DNA of 64,000 bases from Tubulanus polymorphus (lineage: Eukaryota; Animalia; Nemertea): contig NC_134036.1 of NCBI RefSeq assembly GCF_964204645.1, forward strand, positions 3,596,001 through 3,660,000. Reading direction: 5' to 3'. This document shows, in pieces, positions 1-12,900 of the stretch. A program made the translations under genes and the position numbers. Position 1 is the stretch's first letter, and each line of letters starts with the position of its first letter. The notes under the pieces are model-generated. The model did not search any database and had not been told where the DNA came from. It was given only the letters and a program-made list of their open reading frames with translations.

Positions 1-1
1 A

Positions 2-196
2 GGCATTCCGATTCTCGTTCTCGGCAACAAGCGCGACCTGCCGAACGCGTTGGACGAGAAAGAGCTGATCGAACGCATGAACTTGTCGGCGATTCAAGAC
101 CGCGAGATCTGTTGCTACTCGATCTCGTGCAAGGAGAAGGACAACATCGATATAACGCTACAATGGTTGATCCAGCACTCGAAATCCGGACGATGA
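2..196 (+). CDS. ARL8: ADP-ribosylation factor-like 8, C-terminal coding segment (gene starts before the window)
   Basis: Frame from nt 2 reads [64 protein letters not shown] (TGA 194-196). It has the NKRD G4 motif and closely matches the ARL8A/B C-terminus as I recall it. Confidence 0.96.
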   Translation, partial: GIPILVLGNKRDLPNALDEKELIERMNLSAIQDREICCYSISCKEKDNIDITLQWLIQHSKSGR

Positions 197-1111
197 ACGC
201 CGAGTTTAGAGCGCGAAATTATATTTACGAACGAATAGGCTGTCGAACGATTTGAGAAGAATGATTCGTTACTACGCGATTAAAAACTGAGTGATTTTAG
301 TAAATTTGTTTCATATATTCCGTACGTATTTCTCTCTTTTTCTCTGTACATTCGACGAACGATCGAATTTCGAAACGCGCGAAAATACGTCGCTTTTTTT
401 TTCAGCGTAAATATCGTTCGCGTTGAGAAATTTATCGCGAACGCGTTCCGGCGCGATTTTCTCTTTAGGCAGGTTTCGATTGCGACCGTATTCCGATTTG
501 CGAATAGCTATTCCGGATTAAGAACTCTCTATCGGCCGCTTCTATCAGGTTTACGCAGATTACGCTTATCCGGAATAGGAAGAGCGTGTTCTGTTTGAAA
601 GAAGATAATTCAGGAATCGGTAGAGACTAATGGAAACCCGCCTGAGACTTTCTAAAAGACGGTCGCTGAAAATCGTATTTTTCGTGGGAACTGTGAATGT
701 CGAATTTCACGATAATCCAGATTAAGCGTCGATGATGATGATGATATCGACGATATATACTTTTTTACTCGCTTTGCCCGGCGTGCTTCGGTCATTACAC
801 TTCAAGAACTTAAATACATGTAGTTATATTAGATAGATAGAACATTGACAACTTGTTCGAAGAACTATTAACGTTTAAGCTTGTGTGCGCGCGTGTGAAT
901 TGCTTAAAATCGAAACCTCGAAAGATTATTTAAAGTAAGAAGATTAAGAAATGAGCGCGCGCGACCGACTCTAGTCAAAACTGGTTAAAAGCTTGCCCCT
1001 CATGTGAAAGCCTTGGTGGTTTATAACCATCGGATCTAAGTGTGTCTTCCTTCGCCTGGATTTGATGGCATCACAAGACTGTCAGTAGATGTATGAAACC
1101 TGCCATTCCCC

Positions 1112-1630
1112 AGGGCCCAGTAACACAGTCGTCACTTCAGTCGAAAAGTCGTCTTAGATATCAAGATTGGCTTTTTAGAACTAAGTTAGTATTAGACTCG
1201 TCTTAAATCTTAGCTATGACTGTGCAACTGGCCCCTGGCCTAGTTGTGCCGGCTTCGATTTAAGATCAGTCTTTGGCTATTTAATTGGAATGGCCTTATT
1301 TCCATTTTATTTCTATAGCCAATCTAAGAACTCGAGATCAGTCTTAAGATTGGGCTTAAACACTACTTTTGGACGTGCAATCGGGCCCTGGAGCCATTTT
1401 CATATTTTGCTAGATTTGATTCAAGAGATTGGCTTTTTGAAAATAACTAGTTTAACTCTCAGATCAAATCCAACCCAGATCTCTAAGTCTATTTAACCGG
1501 GTCCCAGTTTCACAGCTGTGAGTCATGAGTCATGGGCCAGTTGCATAGCTGTAACTCAAGTCCACAAGTGGTCTTGGATCTTAAGACAAGTTTTAGGTTT
1601 TTTAGATTGGCTATGTAGAGCTGAGTTGGT
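1112..1630. mobile_element. Cluster of short palindromic MITEs, family F1 (GGCCAGTTGCA...TGCAACTGGCC), Harbinger-like
   Basis: Three adjacent, partly decayed copies with terminal inverted repeats. Other F1 copies at ~2037-2152, 7936-8074, 21541-21686 and 59896-60116; flanks are often CAG/CTG. Confidence 0.7.
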
Positions 1631-2036
1631 CTTGGGCTGGGCTCTAAAGCCATTACTGCGGGATTTGTGTCGGGGTTTCATGTTGTGGCAAGGTCTCTCG
1701 AACGCTATCAGGTTCCTGTCTGTATTGAGGGAGTATGGATTGGTGCACCATCAGTACTGAACGGACATTAAAGACTTAAATGATAATAGTAATTATAATT
1801 AGTATTACAGTAAGATTGTATGTGGGTTTCTGTCGGGGCTCGTAAAAAAAATCGTTCCTCATAGTGAAATAATGACGACGGAAGCAATGATGACATGTAG
1901 TAATAATAGAGATTCTAAGTTCAAATATTTAAAGAGAATTAAAATATGTTTAAAATGCTATCGATAATGAAAAAAAAAGAATTGTCTCTTTCATTCGGGG
2001 CCAAATATGTCCGGTTCGAGAAATTCCAGGACCAAG

Positions 2037-2288
2037 GGCCGGTTCCATAGTCATTGCTTAGTCTTAAGACTATCTTAGTTCGATAGCCACTCTAATGAAT
2101 TTTAAGATCTATGACCACTTTTGGACATAAGTCTCGACTAATGGAACTGGTCCCAGTTGCTCAAAATTTGTTAAAGAGTTAACAGGTGGACAAAATACAA
2201 CGGTTCTAGTGGTAAAAATATAGTACTTGTAGTAATATCAGTTGTCACTTTCAGTTAACTATATAACCAACTTTTGAGCAACTGGCCT
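2037..2288. mobile_element. Back-to-back MITEs F1 + F3 (GGCCAGTTGCTCAAAA...TTTTGAGCAACTGGCC)
   Basis: TIRs visible. F3 also occurs at ~7091-7213, 7805-7933, 16834-16960 and 17101-17229. Confidence 0.7.
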
Positions 2289-3689
2289 TTGTTGAAAAAC
2301 TGTCAAGTAGAAATCTTTTTCTACATTTCCAAGCATAGATGGAATTCAGATGATGGAAGATCAAACTGTCGGACGGAATAATCTGATCGGGATCGTGAGA
2401 TGAAGCAATCTGCATCACTCCGATATTGTATACATTGATCAAAGCTGCATAATGTTAGCTCGTCGCTCGACGACGAGTTCATGACAAGTTATTCAAGTAA
2501 TTTTTGAGTCGAAAATCTGAACTGAAAAATGCGGTAGCTGAAATTTTATTATCGGCACGCTTTCCAAAAAGTGGCGTTCTTTCACACTACGATAGTGAAT
2601 ATGAGAAAGGGTGCAGATTGATTCCGAGCTTTTTATTTAAGCGAATGTTGTGTCGATACTTGTTCGATTAGCTATAAGTGATTCTTATTCGTAATGTCTA
2701 TAACTTATATATATATATATATATAATGTGTATAATATTGTAATAATGATTGGCTCAGTGTGTGTGTTAGGAGTTGAATAATATTTAATTTGATGAAATA
2801 TATGTACGTATTTGTTCTTTATCACGGCCACTTCGAAAAATAGAAATACTTATTATAAAATCAAGTCTTTTTGTAATTCACTGTGGTCGGGGGATTTCTC
2901 TAACATGGTAAATTCTTTTGTCGATTTTTTAGTACTTTGGAAATCATCAGCTGAAAAATTAGTTTTTTTTTTTTTCACGAATCCAATGGGTGTCTGGACT
3001 GGAGGTATTTGCTGATGTAGAACCCAACAATGCCGGTTCCGAGCAGCAGTAGAACAGCCTTAGAAAGCAGGATTCGAACCCACGAACCCATTCGAGTGTT
3101 GAAATGCCGTAGTCATAGAAAATATCCGTGTTAATTGTTGTATTATGTGAGATTTGTCAAAGAAATTTGTAAAAGAAAAACAATCAGGAAATTCGATTTG
3201 TCAAAGCAGCCAATAGAATCATGAAGAAACAAAAATATAATCAACCAGCAGATAAATTATTTTTCAGCCCAATTTCACCGTTCAAACATGAAAGGTAAGA
3301 CTTTGTTTTTCAAACGGTAGTAGTTCCAATAAGCCTAAAAAAGAAGTTATGACGAAACTCCCCAAAACGACGAGTACACCGTCGGGATTTGATCAGCACT
3401 AGCAGAGAAAAAATAAGCTGAAATTCAATCGATATTTGTTTTGAAAGTCCAACGTAATTTCTAATTGGTTGTTTCTGTAGTGTAGTAGTAACCCTATTAC
3501 AATTCTTTGGAATAATCTAACTTCGCGCCTGTAGTAAAAGAACACCGTCCAGTCTACTTACTAATAGTAAGTGAACTTTCTTTGTTTTTGTAGCCTAAAA
3601 TCTTAATTGTAAACTGTCCTGAGATGTGGTGTTGTAGTGCAGTCTATAAATCAGTTTTACTATAATGATTATAAGTCTGAATGTCTCGA

Positions 3690-3930
3690 ATTTTGAATCG
3701 ATTGCGATTGGTTGAATCCGGCGATCTCGCTGAATAAAGTACTAATTGAATTGCATTGGCTTGGATCTATTCGATCAGTTGCAACATTGACTAATTGTGT
3801 AATTCGGCCGCTGATTGGCTGAATCGTCGCTTTTGTTACCGCGACGTTCAAAAGTACATTTAGTGTGAAAACAGTAGAAGATTTTCCGTCGATCAAACTC
3901 TAAAAACAGCTCCAAATATTCGTTCGAAGA
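3690..3930 (+). promoter_or_regulatory. Putative KIF23 promoter with inverted CCAAT boxes and CHR-like hexamers
   Basis: ATTGG at 3707, 3755 and 3814; TTTGAA at 3692, TTCAAA at 3847 and TTCGAA at 3923; all within ~270 bp upstream of ATG 3961. Confidence 0.45.
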
Positions 3931-3960
3931 GGCTCGGAACAGCGTGACTGTGAAGCGATA

Positions 3961-6900
3961 ATGAAGCCTCCTCAACAGTATGTAATGATAGACGCAGGAA
4001 TAGACTTGACATCTCTCAAAGAGAGATAAATTAAAAAGAATTTCCCGATGATGCTTAATTTATTTTTAGTTTAGAGGCCACAACAATTCAAATGTCAATA
4101 CTTAAACCTGAACTTGAAGTTTTAGATGTTTGGGTCCTCTCGGGTCTGTTTATGATTCCGAATTTTGTAGCTTCACTTATTTTATGCGGCATGCGTGGCT
4201 CTAGGCCTAAATGTTAGTAAAAATGTTTTTAAATACCAATCAAATCATGCTAATCAATTTAGTAATTTTGAGAATTCTTGGCAAAAATCTTCAACATGAT
4301 GAAGTTGGCCAGTAAGGTAGAAACAAGAAACTAGAAATCTTTCTTATCAATCGACTTGAGTTAAGCCTAACTGCGCCGGCCAAGTTGGCGTGTATGATTG
4401 GTGCAAGGAGTGTGTGTCAGTTGACACTATGTTTTGTACTGGAATGGATATATGGATTGGTCGATATGTTGTTCTGTTCCAGAATCGTTAACCGTTTTTG
4501 GGAAGAAAGACTTCCTTCCTATCTCTTCGGTTGGCGTACTTTCCTTGTTCTGTTGCAGCAAATTAAAACGAATTCTAATGGTTCGTTAGATAGTCATGAA
4601 AGAAATTTACGAAGATTGACAAGTCTAAAAAGACTGTGTAAACGTGTTTTAGGCCTACTGTGAAAACTGACATGTTGATGCTACGTAGGCAACCGATTTT
4701 TTAAATAGTTCAGACTTATTATGTAAATTTTGACCGTGCGGCTTCTTGACCTACACCCCCATGCCCCAATTATGCTCTATTTTATTTGCTTTCTATCGAC
4801 CACCAACTGATAGGCTAAGCCTTACTATAATAATAGGATCTGAAATGGGTCCCGAGAAAGGGTTCTTCAAATGAAAGAGGGCTTGGGCCAATTATTGAAT
4901 TTTGAATTATTATTATCGCAGGTTTTCTTCATGATCACTTCTCTCTTTCGTCTCTAGGCGTGGTAAAACACCGAGGAAAACTCCAAGTAGAAAACAAACA
5001 TTCAAAGAAACAGATCCCGTCGAGGTAAGTTCAGATATTGTTGTGTAAGCCTACCATAGAAATCTGTCCAACTTGAGAGTGATATTTGAGTTGGATCATA
5101 CGGTAGACTCCGCTCAAGTCTGATCTGTGAGAATTCAATGTCTCTGTCGATATTTACTCGATATATACAACTACGTCTTTATAGTACGAGAACACCGTTT
5201 ATTCTGCCTAATCCTGCCAACCCCGGTGAGTGTTGGAGCATGGAAAATATATAAAAGTTAATCTACCGTTTCAATGACTAAATCATATCTCCAACAGTCT
5301 CTCTAAAATTACTCTAAATGTTATTTTTTGTTGATAAAACGCATAAATTTTGGTCAATTTTAACCTTAAAAATTTGTAAACAAGAATGATATCTGCATTG
5401 GCACCAAGTTTAAGTTCGAATCCGTAATTTACACTCCCATCATGCACCATGAAAAGCCGCCATATTTGTTATGTTGCTTCACTTCAACTGTTTTTTGAGG
5501 CGACTAGTCAAAAGTTTTGAGCTACTACGATAGTCAAAAGCTACTTAGGATTACAAATGTATGCACAATCAATAGTTAACTTCCATCTAATTACAGAACA
5601 GTCAGTTTGAGGTAAATTTATGGTGTTTTAAGGGGTGAAATAGCTCAAAGCCTCGTCCCTCAAAATGAGGGACGAAAATTAACCTTATATGAGCACTTTC
5701 GCCCTAGACGTTGTTTCAGGAACAACGGCTAGGTACTAGACTAGATGTTACAGAGACTCCGCTCAAGTCAGATCTTTTGACCTGAGAGTGATATCTGAGT
5801 TTGATGGGACTGTAGACTCTGCTCTAAAGTCAGATATTTTTTGCACTTTTCAGAAAGTACTTGAATTGAAATACGATCTTGATAATTAGTTTCTATATTT
5901 TGCAGGTATATTGTCGGATCCGCCCGTTGGACAGTTCTTCCGTAGAGAAATGCGTCCGGCCGATCAACGCCACTACGTTGCAAATCTCACCACCAGAGGT
6001 CAGTACAGTCTCTTCGAAACACAGGCTCATGCGGGAAGTGGTTCTATTAATTACTTTCCAGTACGGACTTTCGTTCGTCATTGAGCTTATCCTAGCATAA
6101 CCAAGCTTTCGCCTATGCTATAGCAAGATTCAAAATCTACCTTTTACGTTTCTGTTTTTCTGGCCTTTTGTTGTCCTTCTGTTTGCGGCTGTCCATCTCA
6201 TGTCTACGCACCCCCAGATGATACGCTGTCTGTTCTGTCCAAGTCGTCAATGAACTGAAACTGAGTTTTTACCTTACCCCTGCAAACTTGCGTCACATCT
6301 CATAGCATGGCTTCTTTCTTTCTAATTTAGTCGTCGGTGGGCTTCAGGAATGGAAATCTCAAACAGGTAATTGTTGTTAGAATTCATAATTCATAAAATT
6401 GAATGAGCCCCTCGTGCAGTGTAGTCACTCAGGCGGCCACCCCTTATTGTTTTTTGCATCTACCCCTCTGAAAATCAGCCACCTCTTATAAAATATCAAT
6501 CTACTGCCTCTACTTGTGGTGGATGTCAATATTCAATCAATGCTGATATTGCCTGGAAATATATTGAGCTGTCTGAAAAAGAAGATTTCACCTAAATTAA
6601 GCTTAAATTTCCATTTTTTTGGGGGGGAATCGAAAGCCTAGTTGCTAGTTCAGCAGCCACGATTTCATACACTCCAGCATATGGAGAACACTTACCTAGT
6701 AGTAGTAGTTAAGGGTGTGTGTCATATTAATTCATGTGTTGTTTCAGGTGCAATACACGTTCAAACTATTGTTCGACGAAGACACATCTCAGAAAGCTGT
6801 ATTCGATCAGATCGCTTATCCGCTCGTATCGGACCTGTTGCACAATCGAAATGGTGAGAAATTCAGCAACAATCTGCCTTTACCATTAACCCTGCTTTAC

Positions 6901-9900
6901 TCAGTAACGGCATATTTGGGGGGGTAGATATTTCTGAGTTGACCAATCTTTCTTAGAGTAGTACTGTCTGTTAAGTCTAATTTGGGGTTCAGGACCCAGT
7001 TCAACAGTTGTGAGTTAGAGTTAAAATTAGTTCATTTTCAATGAGTTACCACGGGGTCAAATTTTAACTCAGAACTGTGGAACTGGACCCAGGTGCTCAA
7101 AAGTCCGTTGAAGATAACTGGCAGATAATGTCATAGTAACGGCGAACTTTTAATTGTGACTATGTCAACTATCCACTGGTTAACTCTACTCAACTTTTAA
7201 GCAACTGGTCCCAGGGATATCAGGGTATTTTGTCGGGGAATTGACTTTGTGGTGTCTATCTAGATGTTGTTCTTGCTGGTGAAGAGTAGCACGAAGAACC
7301 TCTTTAGAAGACACCGCCCTCACTAGGGGCATCATATATTTCAATTCAATCAGGGAATTTTAGACTCCTCCGATCTGTAAGAATCCCGCGAATTCGATCT
7401 AGATTTTTTGTACATATTCTTTCTGTCATTTCTTTAGGGTTGTTATTTGCGTACGGTATCACGTCGTCTGGTAAAACCCATACGATGACCGGCACGCCGC
7501 TTGAACAGGGAATACTGCCGCGTACGTTAGATGTGATATTCAACAGTATCGGCGACGTCCTCGCCAAGAAATACGTGAGTAATGAATTTATTCATCTTTA
7601 TAAATGAGCTTTGAACTCTCCTTTTTTTGACCCCAGGACCCAGTTCCACAGTTGAGAGTTTGAGTTAACTCTGAGTTAATACTAGTTCATTTTGAATGAG
7701 TTATCTCTGAGTTTAATCTTAACTCAGAACTGTGGAACTGGACCCAGAATCCTTGCTTTATGCTTCAAAAATGTGGATAAAGATTTCTACTACTGTCTTT
7801 CTAAGGCCAGTTGCTCAAAAATTGGTCGGTTAACTACGACAATTGAAATCACTACAAGAACCATATTGTTATCACTGGAACCATTGTATTTTGTCCAACT
7901 GTTAAGTGTTACAAATTTTGAGCAACTGTGTCCAGGGGTCAGTTGCATAGTCATGGCTTAGACTTAAGACCAGTCTAAGACCAAATTAGTTCTATGGTCA
8001 ATCTAATAACTTGAGACCAGTCTTAAGATTTAAGACCACTTTTGGACTTAAGTCATGACTGTGCAACTGGCCCCAGTTCCATAGTAATTCCTGTCAATTA
8101 CCGGTATGATGTCAGCTCGTTGGTTTTTCGGTTGAATTACAAGTATCATTTTTGTTGTTGCTTTCGTTTCGCAGGTTTTCAAACCGGACAAAATGAATTC
8201 GTTCGACATCCAAGCCGAAGCCGACGCGATGATCGAACGCCAGCGTAAAGACCTCATGCCGAAATTGATGACTCCGAAAACGCCGGGAGGAAACACGAGG
8301 TGATTGGGCTGGTTCGTGGGGTGTGGTCCCTACGACTCCTTGATTCCTTTTAAACAGAAAATGCATTTGAAGGGCTTTGAAACTCCTTTGATTTGAATGA
8401 AATACCTGAAACACCTTTAAGACTCCTTTAATTTTGAGAAAGTGGTGATTAGATACTTTAAAAGATATACATAGGCTACGCCTTAATCAGTAAAGTTGGA
8501 AGCAGGATCTTTTTTTTTTACCTTAATTAGACGGTAACCAAATTAGAAACCAAGTTTAGTGTGCCGAGGATAGAAATTTGCTTTTAAATCCACCAGATTA
8601 CCGGTTGAATGACTCAACGGTACCGATTTAGGAGTGTACAGTAATTGGGATATGAAAGTGATGATGCAGACACTTCCTCAAAATTTGAAACTCCTTATAT
8701 CCAGGGGAATTACTGACCTGTAGGGACCCTGTTGGTGCAGATTTGCTAATTTCTAAATGGGTTTTCAATATGTTTCTTTATTCGAACAGGGGTGATTTCC
8801 TGGACGGCGAGCGAGTTCGTGAGACGGCGTTCGTCGACGGTATCGATGAAGACAGCAGCTACGCGGTGTTTGTTTCCTACGTCGAGATTTACAACGACTA
8901 CGCGTTTGATTTATTAGAAGATTTGCCGTACGATCCGATCACCGGATACAAGTAAGTGCACAGCGATTTATTGGAAGATTTACTGTAGTTTGGTTTCATG
9001 CCAAAAATAGCCAAATTGATTCGTTTTAAGACGGATAATCTTGAGATGCTTCATTGTGAAAGTAGAGGGGCGGGTCTAGGACTGTTTTTGAAGGCAGGGG
9101 AGGCACAACTTGAAATCATGAGCATGGTCGCTGAAGATATGCGCCGTTAGAAGGAATTTGGAAAAAAGAAAATTGCTTCATCAGAAAATTAAGGACGGGT
9201 CTAGGTCTTTTCTAGGACAGGTGGTCAATCCTCTAGAAGGCAGAAGAAAGACGTGAAGAGTTTCCCAAAAGGGGATATGCTCTTGTTTAGTGGGAGAATT
9301 TTTCTGCAAGATACAAATGTTTTTTTTTTTAAATTTTGAAACTTTGATAATTGTCTTGTCATTCGAATAGAGCGCCGCAGTCGAGGAATCTGAGAGAAGA
9401 TCGCAGCGGAAACATGTTCGTGCACTGTTGTACGGAAGTGGAAGTTCGCAGTACGGAAGAGGCGTACGAGGTGTTGCTGAAAGGTCAGTTGAACTTCGCG
9501 ACAAGCTTTGGTAGCAATGCCGACAAAAACTCGGAAAAGTGCTTGATACACCCGGCTGGGTCCTTACAATTCCTTGAAAACTCCTGCTAGATTGAAGATG
9601 CTTTTAAAGGTGCTCAGAACTCCTGGAATTCGAGTTAAACACCTAAATCTCCATTGAAACTCCTTTATTTTGAGAAATAAGCTAAAGATATATTTGTAGT
9701 TGTACATTAGACTACGCCTAAAGCTGAACAGTTGGGACCTGGATTAGTCTTTTCCTAATCAGGCGGTTACCGAATTAGAAAACAAGATTACATAGTGTTA
9801 ATGATAAAAATTTGCTTACAAAACACCAAATTGACGTTTACCGAGACAAACAGTACTGATTTAGGAGGCGTCTAACGTAATTGGGATATGAAAGTGATGC

Positions 9901-12900
9901 AGACGCTTCCTCGAAATTTAAAATTTTGTTCTATAAAACTCCTTGACGTGTCCTTATATCTAGAGGAATGACTGATCTGTAGGACCCCACCCTGCTGTGG
10001 CTCGGCTGCATCGACATTCATTCTAACCGTTGTTGTGATTTCTCTTTCGAAGGTCAGAAGCGTCGTAAAGTAGCGCACACGGCGTTGAACGCCGAATCTA
10101 GTCGTTCGCACAGCGTTTTCAATATACGCATCGTACAAGCTCCGCTCGATCCGCTCGGTGAAGAAGTCTTACAGGTAAATACCACGCTGTTGTATTTTAT
10201 GCTCTTTTTAGGGGTTGGCTGGGGTTTATCATCTACAGAGCTGCCAGAACTGTTATTGATTTTCAGTATTTGTTACTATTCTATAACGAGAAATACTGTT
10301 TGATGCATACAAAAATATGAAAGATGTTACTCAGGGTCTTACTGTTGATTACTGATTAATTTGAACAGAAATATGAAAGATGTTACTGAGGGTTTTACTG
10401 TTGATTACTGATTAATTTGAACAGAAATATGTAAGATGTTACTGAGGGTCTTTCTGTTGATTACTGATTAATTTGAACAGAAATATGAAAGATGTTACTG
10501 AGGGTCTTACTGTTGATTACTGATTAATTTGAACATTTTCTTTCATCATATTTCATTGAAATGATTTCAACACCTGCACTTACCGGTATTTATATTTTGA
10601 TTTTTTTGTGTTGTAGGATAAAGATCGCGTGTACGTCAGTCAGTTGTCGCTGGTCGATCTGGCCGGCAGCGAGCGTAGCTCCCGAACGAAGAGCGCCGGC
10701 GACCGACTGAAAGAGGCCGGTAACATTAACAAGTCGTTGATGTCGCTGCGAACGTGCATCGAGATTCTACGCGAGAACCAAACGACCGGTTCGAACAAGG
10801 TATTGTCGATATTACACCCCTCGTTAATTGCTTTGTTTCGAGCAAAATGCTAGAAAATCCTTAAAACTCTTTCAATATTGAGAAAATTGTAATTTTTATA
10901 GTTGTACACTAAATAGAGTATACCGAAATAGATACAGTTAGGACCCAGTTTTGTCGCCTAATCAAATAGGCGGTTATTGAATTAGAAAACCGATTGAGGT
11001 GGTGTAAAGGATGAAAATTTAATTGAAAATCTCGGAATTAATGGTTTACTGAGGTAGATAGTACCGATTTAGGGACAGTTTACAGTAATTGGGATATAAT
11101 ATGAAAGTGATGCGTAAAAATAGATTTGAAAATTTCTCCTTTGAAACTCCTTGAAAAGTCATATCTGGGGTTGACTGATGTGTTGGGACTCTGGTCTTAT
11201 TCTGCAAAATGTTTGACGATCAGGAAAGTCTATTTGAACATCTGTTCGTTTACATTTAGGGGAGAGCATTTGTATAATACTTTATCGAGGGTCGGGATAT
11301 TTAAGATCGCTGATTCTTTAATAAACCAGAGAAGAAACGGCCCCCGCTGAGGATTGATATGTTATGATCTCATTGGGAAATTTCTTTTATGTCTCTACAA
11401 GGGAGGATGAATACAATGTTGTTGCGTGTTTATTTTCAGATGGTGCCGTACAGAGACAGCAAGATCACGCATTTGTTCAAGAACTATTTCGACGGCGAGG
11501 GTAAAGTACGAATGATCGTTTGCGTGAACCCGAAGGCCGACGAATTCGACGAAACTCTGGTGAGTGTTCGAAAAAGGATGAAATGATCGTTTCAGCGCTG
11601 ACTAGATATTAGCCCAAAGTGCTGGAGATGATATGAAAATTTTCAAACCCCTGTGCGCTGTATAACAGGCATACCGTGATAGTGCAGCTACACCGTGGTG
11701 CAGTGTATGATTAGTTATTGATATTTCACAATGTTCGATAGGTGCAGCCATCTTTCAATAAAGATATAAGCTAACTACGGTACCTGTTAATTACATCAAT
11801 ACACCGCGGTGCCGTGCACTAGCTAAGTCCATCACCGATTTATACACCGCACTGCAGTGTAGATGCACTGAAAAGGTTAAGGCATATTCTAGACCCGATG
11901 AATGTTTGACCTTTCACGTTGAATATGAAGATTCTGACATTCGACCTTGAAATTGACCTGTCTTTATTCCGCAGCACGTGATGCGTTTCGCCGAGATGAC
12001 GCAGGAGGTCCAGGTCGCTCGTCCGCAGAACGTACGCTTCGACATCGGACTGACGCCCGGTCGACGTCGCTTCAACGATGATTACAAAAACGCGGTGAAA
12101 CGCTGCGAGGACGAAGGAGGTAAATCAAGCGAGTGTTTACACACAGCAGGCTGATAGCTGCGGTATTTTTAATTCTTGCAGGGTCTCTACGACTCCTTGC
12201 AAAGTCCTAAACCTTAAAAGTTTTTTCACGGTCCTTGAAAAACCTTGAATTTTAGCGAAATGCCCGAAAATCCTTGAAATTTCCTTGAATTTTGAGAAAT
12301 TTGCGATTAGAGAATTTTAAGGTTTTAGGCCTAGTTATTATACGCACTGATTCCACCTAATTAAATGATTAACTAAGATAAACAGTACTGATTTAGGAGG
12401 AGACGACAGTTATTGGGATATGAAAGCGATGCAAACACTCCTCGAAATTTGAAATTTTAACCCTGAAAAGTCGTTGAATTCTGGAATGACTAATCTGTAC
12501 GACCCTGAGTTGGCTTTCGTCGAAGAATCATTTCTTTATGCCCATTGTATAACATTTATTTTCAGTTGATCCAGCCGTGGTACTCGCGCCGAGCAGGTTG
12601 TACGATATAGGACCGCCCTTCCCAATCCTCGAGGTAATAAATAAAACCTTCATCGAGTTGTCAATCGATTGAGGCCACTTCTTATTCTCGATATGAATTG
12701 CTATAGTTTCGATTTGTTTTCGTTTGTTCGTTCGCGCGTTTAGTTGTTCCACGCCGATGATACGATCACGTTGACTCATCTGATGCAGTATTTACACGTT
12801 CGCCAAATGAGACGACACGATCTGCTGACTGATTTCACGCATCGACGTAAGTTTTAACTATTGACCACATGATCATATATTAAACCTGCGCGACTGTTGA

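Noticed and set aside
3061-3120. tRNA-Leu-like 3' half on the minus strand (GTGGGTTCGAATCC)
   Set aside because: No A box/D arm or closing acceptor stem; at most a decayed fragment.
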